NCBI GenBank assembly: GCA_009103225.1
Contig: RHPI01002069.1
Location: 1,222,744-1,286,743, forward strand
Source: Chlorokybus atmophyticus
Taxonomy: Eukaryota > Plantae > Mesostigma and Chlorokybus algae
DNA: 64,000 bases
Reading direction: 5' to 3'
Shown: positions 57,004 through 64,000 of the stretch, one piece after another
Layout: every line of letters starts with the position of its first letter
Numbering within the stretch: the stretch's first letter is position 1
The notes under the pieces: generated by a model
Database searches by the model: none
Seen by the model: only the letters and a program-made list of their open reading frames with translations
What the model was told of the DNA's origin: nothing
Made by a program: the position numbers and the translations under genes

Positions 57004-59468
57004 ATGCGGGGCCTGGGGGACACATGGCGGCTGGCGGTGGCGGCCACATGCTTGAAGCTGCTGCTCATGCCGGCTTACAAAAGCACAGACTTCGAGGTAG
57101 GTGACGATGACAGTTGACGTTGACAATGTGCTCGTCATTATCGTCATCATTGTTGCGGGGGGCATTGTTTGAAGGGGGATAGTCCCCTCGGCGACAGGTG
57201 CACAGGAACTGGATGGCGGTGACCTCGTCGCTGCCGCCCTCCAAGTGGTACACCGAAGCCACTTCAAAATGGACACTCGACTACCCTCCCCTCTTCGCTG
57301 CCTTTGAATATGTACTCTCCTTGTTCGCCCCACTCTTCGACCCAAAAATGCTTCAGGTAAAACCACAAAAACACAAGTTTCGATATGCAAACTGCGTCAT
57401 TCAGGCAATAGCCGCCTCTCCCCCTGACCTCCTGCATGTGCTCACACATGCACGCCCGCACCCAGCTGCACTTGCATACGAACACAAGTGCACACGCGCC
57501 TACGCATGTGCACTTGTGTGTATACGTGCGCACGCGCATGCGCACGCATCCTCGCATACATGCAGGAACGCACACCTGCACACACGCGCACAAATGCACC
57601 CCTGCAAACTCGTGCACAAGAATCACATGCAAGTTTGCGTACATGCACACGCCTGCGTTTGTATACCTATGTGCGTGCGTGCATGCACGTCAATATCACA
57701 CCTAATGCAGGTTTCAGAGGCGGGTTACACGAGTCCCGGTACAGTTCTCTACCAGCGTCTCACAGTCGTTCTCTCCGAGGCCGTCCTCGTGACCGGCGTC
57801 GCTCGTTTCTGCGCCAACTTCACTCCCGTGCGTCGCGGCACCGTCGCCTTCCTCGTCTTCTTCTCTCCCGCCCTCATCGTGGTGGACCACCTTCATTTTC
57901 AGTACAACGGGATGCTGCTCGGCCTCCTCGTGTGGTCTCTCGCCATGGCTCAGGAGGGGAAAGACGTCGTGGCCACTATACTCTTCTCCTCGCTATTATG
58001 CGCGAAACACCTATTCGCCTACGGCGCACCCATCATGGCGCTGTTTTTCATACATCGGTGTTTTGTTGATGACGACAGGCCAGACGTGTCCACTATGTCG
58101 CACAATGAGAGATTGATTCACATGCTTGAAAGAGACAAGGCCGTCCCGTTCAATGCGAGGAGGTTCTCTACCATTGCAGCCGCCGCACTCGCCGTCTTTG
58201 CAATCGCCTTCGGCCCTTTTGTATTCTTCGGCCAGGTACGTGTGGGTGCGTATGCGTGTGCGTGCATGTTTGCGCATGGATGTGCGCGTGCGCGTGCGCG
58301 TGTGCCAAGTCTTGATGGACATTGAAAATGACCTCATGTGTGCAGTTTGGGGTTGTTCTCAAGAGGATGTTTCCATTTGGGAGGGGTTTGTTGCACGCGT
58401 ACTGGGCGCCAAACGTGTGGGCACTCTACGCCTTTGCGGATAAAGTGCTCGCGACAGTGTTTCGAGTGGACAAGCCAGTTGCTTCGCTCACGGGCGGCCT
58501 CGTTGGCGCAGACTACAACTTCGCCATCCTACCACAGGTGTGTGCACACGCGCATGCACATGCGTGCATGACAGGAGTTCATTGTGTCAGTAACCAACGT
58601 GCATGCATTGCCAACAGATGCATCCCGTGGTGACCTTTGTGCTGGTGCTTGTGGCGCTATTCCCGTGCGTCGCAGCCATCGCGCTCTGGCGGTTCCCAAC
58701 GCCGTCCACGCTGGTATGGTTGTTGTTCATGGCAGCGATAAACAAGCCTCATCAATGCATCATCTGATGTTGGTAGTGATGACAGGTGCGGTCGGTGGCG
58801 TGGGCGTACCTGTGCGGGTTCATGCTCGGGTGGCATGTGCACGAGAAGGCCGTCCTCATGTTCCTCATCCCCATGGCCCTCTACGCAGCTGACTCCCGAC
58901 AAGCTGCCCGCGAGTTTATCTTTACCTCTGTTGGTGAGCATAGTTCACAACGGCTTGAGCAGCACCGGCTGCTTACTACCGCACTGTGCTGCACAGTCAC
59001 ACAGTACACGCACACGCACACGCACATGCGTGCACACAACATACCGCATGCACTATACGCTGTTGAGGTAAAGCGTTGTTGCCATTTGCAGTGGCGCATT
59101 ACCAGCTGTTCCCTCTGTTGTACGGCGCTCAAGAGTACCCTATCAAGTTGGCTCTGGTGGTGGCGTACACGCTAGGGTCCCTGCAAGCCTTCCGCCAGCT
59201 GGGTTACATGCCTCCTCGCCAGTCCACCAGCGCGGACGGGAAAACCGCGATCAAGTCTTTCGCTCACCTGCTCTCGCTGCCCGAGCGGCTGTTCCTCATC
59301 GGTCTCGTCGCCCTCGAGGCCTTCAACCGCGTGGGACACCCATTACTCGTCGCACACGGCGCGCTACAAGGACTACCATTCCTACCGCTCATGCTCACGT
59401 CCGTCGCGTGCGCGGCGGGACTGTGCGCGGCGTGGTGGCAAGTGTCGCAGTACTGGAAACTGCACTGA
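57004..59468 (+). CDS. ALG8: Dolichyl-PP-Glc1Man9GlcNAc2 alpha-1,3-glucosyltransferase, about 7 exons
   Basis: PAYKSTDFE|VHRNWMAVT..WTLDYPPLFAAFE; VDHLHFQYNGMLLG; KRMFPFGRGLLHAYWAPNVWALY; FMLGWHVHEKAVL; LPFLPLMLTSVACA. The start codon is inferred. Confidence 0.93.
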
Positions 59469-60038
59469 GTGTGGTGGTCAGGGGTGGGTTTTGTATGGTT
59501 GGGAGAAGTTGTGTATGAATTATTGAATCTCTGTAAATAGTTGGATTGCAGGGTTCACCAATGTGTAGCACTGTCGCCATCTTGCAACCTGCAGTCTGTT
59601 GGTACGGTATCAGTATATAGGCAACGATATTGTTATCTACAGCATACCCAACAGGTGGTGCATGGGCCAGAGTGTATAAATAGGCAGGCAGAGAGGTGCT
59701 GCTACTTACTGCTATTTGGACATTACTGTCCAGAGCAAGTGCCAGCCATAGATTGTGTGCGACATGCAGCACAGTGACTGGTCTTTACTGGTGAAGTCAG
59801 GGATCACGCAACCATAACTAACCAAGATGCCTGCTTGTTTTGGAGTGGATGGTTGTATCAGCATTGTGTCTGTAGATCACACATATACGCACACAGAGCA
59901 CCAACAGATGTAGCAATCGTGGACGCTGCAATTGATCATCTGCCAAACTTCATGACGCACTGTTTATTGCAATTGTTATATACAACAAAAAAAATGGCCG
60001 GAGCAATGAACATCACACAACACTGGAGGTACGGCATT

Positions 60039-62508
60039 CTACTCGTTGCCCTCAAAAGGGGCTCCAAACACAGTGATACTAGCAGCAGACCGCTCCAGCT
60101 CAAGCACCTGTGACATGCACCACATTTACAACATCATTGGAGCCACACTCATGCAATGTTGTGTAACTGTTGGTAAAGGTGCACATATGCGTGGCTTCCT
60201 GGCTTCCTTGATGGTGTGCAACAAGTGTCTTGCGTCATTTTCACATGCTTTGACAGATGTAAAAGACCACTTGCCCTGCTCACCTCTTCGGGAGTTAGCC
60301 TCCAACCCAAAGCGCCGGCGCACTCCCTTGCTTGACGCTCATTCTTCACTCCAGGAATCGGCAGCGCGCCCTTGCAGACCACCCAGTTGAGAGCCACCTG
60401 CACCACACAACACCCAATGAACAACATTTGATTAACAGCAGGGGACTCCCCAGCTCGATGCCACCATAACAAATACACACTAGACCCCACCTGAGTGGGT
60501 GTCTTGCCACCATGCGCAGCTCCAACCTCCTTCATGACTTGCACGAGCTTCTGAGTCTCACGCAGTGTGTCGTCCTTTACAACCACACCGCGCGCGCCTT
60601 TAGGCCTGTTTTGCGGTGTGAACTTGCCGGTCAACAAGCCTTGCGCAAGGGGGCTGTACGCCACCAGAGTGACGCCTGCGCCCAAGCAACCAGTTCAACC
60701 TAGTGAGAGGGTCTCAAAATGCCAATGGCGAGTAAGGTGCATGCCACAACGTAGTTGTGCTTACCCAGCTCTTGGCAGGTCTCCAGCAAGCCACTGTATT
60801 CTGGTTTACGGTACACAAGGGAGTATTGAACCTGAATGCGTTATCCGTGTAAGCACATATGGCAGCTGCAACATGTACAGTTGCGCAGCAAGGTGATTGA
60901 CACCTTGCTCCACATCACTTGTATTATACTGCGTGCAGTGACCCATTACCTGATTGCTAGCAAGCGGTACGTTCCTTGCTTCTAGCACCCGGTGTGCATC
61001 CCGCAGCCTTCTCACGTTGTAGTTGCTCACGCCAACAGCCTTGGCAAGCCCAAGTGCATGGCAATCAGCCAGACCCTGCCTTGACAATGTGAGTGTCACA
61101 CAACAACAACGGCTATACTTGCTAGGTAATCAGAACGACCATAGGTGTCCAAGTACACGCGCACTGTCGACTGGCAGCTCAGTGTCACAAATGGCAATGG
61201 GGTTATTCCCATCAGTCGGTGCAGCATAAGTTCTGTGCTTGATGTCAACTACTGATCAGAAGCTTCTCCCCTGTTTAATACTTGGCAAACTAGGCTGACC
61301 TGTAAGAAGTTGTTGTTGGGGCCGAAGGAGAAGACCTCAGCAGCAGGCCAATGAAGCATGTACAGCTCCACAAACTCCCGGTCTAACCTTGACAGGCTTG
61401 CGCGCAGCGCATCAACAACAGATCTGTACCATGCCAGCCAGTAAGTTGTGGGATTGCAAATGCATGATGTTGGTTGTTGCCTTGCATTGATAAATCTCTC
61501 AGACAACCACGTCCCCATACAGTGCAAGTCACTATCCAGGAAGGCAGGTCATACCAAACCTCTCACATGCTAAGTGAATTTGCGAGCTTACCCAGAAGTA
61601 AGGCGCCAGGGAAGCGGTGCAAACTTGGTGGCAATGGTCACCGGCTCCTTTGCAGTTTTGGCGAAGCGCCCCAACAACTGCTCTGACATGCCGTTCCCGT
61701 ACACCTCTGCTGTGTCAACAAAAGTCAAGCCACCCTGCAGACATGAGGTGCACTGTGAGTGTCATGCAAGGACAAAAGTAAAACCAGAGGTGCAACCCAG
61801 CAATTCAGCTCCACACCTCATTGCTGGCTGAGAAGGCTTGCTGCACGTCCTTCTCGCCATAGTCACCACCAAAGCCCCAGAAGAAACGGTCGCCCCATGC
61901 CCATGCCCCAACACCCACCGCCGACACGCGCACACCAGACTTTCCGAGCTCCACGACATCTGCAAAAGAAGCAGAAGACAACTGACAATGTTGAACTGGT
62001 TCGTGTTGCAGTGTTGCAGCTTCATTCATATGCACCACAACCACTACTGCATGTCTTTGCATGAACGACAGTGTAGTCCATTGCAGACAGAACGTATGAC
62101 TCGTGCGCTAACTGCACTCCATAGTATGCGTGCGTTTGGTAGGTGGAAGAAGGCGGGGGGTGGACAACTGTTGCACATGCAAGGTTAACTTGAAGAACGA
62201 CCACTCTACTGCATGCAATGCGCAGCTCGCACCCACCCTCTGTGGCTGTAGGTGTCGTCGTGCCCTTCTTTCCCGTTGCCTGTGACTGTCATGACAACCT
62301 GCTAGTCAGCACTTATGCAAGCCAGAGCAGCACTGCACAGCTGCACCGAGGGCAAGCAGCAGCTCCGTGGCCTCACCTGCGCGCGTGCCCCACTACGCAG
62401 AGCATGCGCCCTCCCCCTCGTCCGTCTGGGACCAGGAAGGCTGCTGGCAGACCATGTGGACGACGACGTGAGCAAGGACGAGCACGGCACGGATGTTGCC
62501 GCCGCCAT
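60039..62508 (-). CDS. Plastid-targeted aldo-keto reductase (PLR1/At1g06690-like type), about 10 exons
   Basis: [21 protein letters not shown]; FVDTAEVYG; [11 protein letters not shown]; LYMLHWP; KAVGVSNY; LASNQ|VQYSL; [15 protein letters not shown]; TPTQ|VALNW..PIPG..GALGWRL. Confidence 0.93.
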
Positions 62509-62867
62509 GTTGACAGCTGGCAACAAGTACGTCACTGCCAAGTTGGACACTGAAGCTTACTACAGACCAGATGCCAGTGCTGCCACGTCGCCCCCCGCAC
62601 AAAGGAAGGCACACACTGTGCGGCACAGTGATTTTGTTCAGTTAGGGTTTTCCCGCCCAAGCACAAGACGCACAAGTTTCAAACAGTGCAAACAACGGGC
62701 GTATAAAACATTTGGGCAAGCTTGCGCTTAGCTTACTGCAGCTTGCTTGTGTTGCTCGTGTGTTGGCGGCGGCAGGCTTCTTAGTAGTCGTTGGAGAAGT
62801 GGACCACTGTTTGCAGGTTAGAGAGTTGACAGCGTAGTGTTTGCCTGTGCAGCAACTGTGAGAGAAG

Positions 62868-64000
62868 ATGGTGCCAAGCCCTAAGAGGATGACACGCAGC
62901 CGTACCCGTGGCCAGCACGCTGCTGCCGACAGCCATGGTAAGTTTGAGCTGAGCTGTCCATTGTATGATCTGTCATGGGGCTTGTATTGTCGAAGCAACC
63001 ACAAGACTACACAGTCGTGTGGTAGTGGCTGTCCAAAAAGTGGTTGTCTTGTTTGTCACCAGTCTGGCTGCAGTGCAGTAGGTGCCATGGCTGTAAGCCA
63101 GTGTGCAGCCTTGTGTTGTGTTTCACAAGCACAATGTCAGTCTCAGAACCGGTATTAGGCAGGACACGGATCGAGTCAAAGCTGTATATACTTGTCTTTG
63201 TTGTTCTGACTGAGTGCCAGCTCGCAGCTGATGAACCCATGTGTGCTTATGATCTGGCAGGAGAGGGAGTTGGATTTGTGGAGACGCCAGTGGTGCCAAC
63301 AAAGGCTAGGTCCGGCCTGCCTCGCACTCCCTACCCTCGCGGCCGCCTGGGTGTGGCGCAGCCCTTGGGCGATGTGACCAACAAGCCTGTGGAGGCTGCA
63401 GCAGCCGACAAGGCTCCTGCTGTCCCAAAGCCCTCATCGTCAGCAAAGGCCCCTGCTGCTGCCGCCATGTCTAACCATGACCGTCTGGCTGAGGCACTCG
63501 AGCAGCTGTTCCAAAAGCAGGAGGCTGCCGCCTCTGCTGTCAGCCAGGAGGAGCAAGAAGCTTGTGTTATGGAGCAAGAAGTGACTTCCACTGCATTCAT
63601 GTCCCCAGCATTCGGTAAGCAACGCTGGTGACGCCATTGAGATTGTTGTACATTGCTGAGTTGTATTGTTGCTGGCAGATGTGTCGCCAGCAGTTGGCAG
63701 GACGCCAGCTCCATCTCCAGACGATGCATTCGACACCATGTCAAACATGCCCGCAGTCTCAACACCTCCCGCTGCAGCACTTGTCGCAGAGAATGTGCGT
63801 GTTCGCAGCGTTGTCGTCAAGCTGGAAAGGCCTGTTGAGAACACTTTCATGGAATCCGCTGAGGTAAGCTAGCATCTTTTTTGATAACGCGTATCTATGC
63901 ACATGCTCACGCATGTGTCACCTCCGCTAACAATTCTACTTTTCTCTATTCAGGTGCAAGTTGATGCTGGGATTGTTGCAGAGCAACTGACCAAGAACGA
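62868..64000 (+). CDS. 5' exons of a gene truncated by the window end; low-complexity Ser/Thr-Pro-rich N-terminus, product unknown
   Basis: ATG at 62868 with GT-AG bounded, phase-compatible exons (MVPSPKRMTRSR.., GEGVGFVETPVVP..QPLGDVTNK.., DVSPAVGRTPAP.., VQVDAGIV..). Confidence 0.6.

Noticed and set aside
57198-58325. 375-aa ORF as a single ALG8 exon
   Set aside because: The middle (HAHAHAS..CVCIPMCV) is read-through of an RY-rich intron with clear GT/AG ends. Only the flanking segments are ALG8-like.

Overview
Eukaryotic nuclear DNA from a green plant lineage, most likely an alga. A charophyte is plausible, but that is inference from CAS, a NUDX2/8-type Nudix gene, short spliceosomal introns and DNMT-carrying Ty3/Gypsy elements. 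Bases 1-32 kb are a nested transposon block and 32-64 kb are gene-dense. The main signal is a Ty3/Gypsy LTR retrotransposon (185-9385, +). Its single Gag-Pol frame carries a motif-complete DNMT3-like C5-cytosine methyltransferase between protease and reverse transcriptase, and its integrase ends in a PHD finger. It also has an unassigned insertion of roughly 600-700 aa between Gag and protease. A second, heavily decayed member of the same DNMT-Gypsy family lies at about 24.6-30.5 kb (-). The block also holds two decayed chromoviruses and a complete 535-bp TRIM with 79-bp LTRs and a 5-bp TSD. In that TRIM the U5-PBS junction forms tRNA-spaced Pol III A/B boxes. The host genes are a Nudix hydrolase, ECD/SGT1, CAS, a small Tat-type thylakoid lumen protein, a nardilysin-like M16 peptidase, ALG8, an aldo-keto reductase and one gene truncated by the window end. 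DNMT capture by retrotransposons has been reported in charophytes and dinoflagellates (de Mendoza et al. 2018), so the concept is known. The DNMT+PHD+orphan-domain architecture and the Pol III-box TRIM are what deserve follow-up. No database searches were run; all calls come from motif reading by eye.
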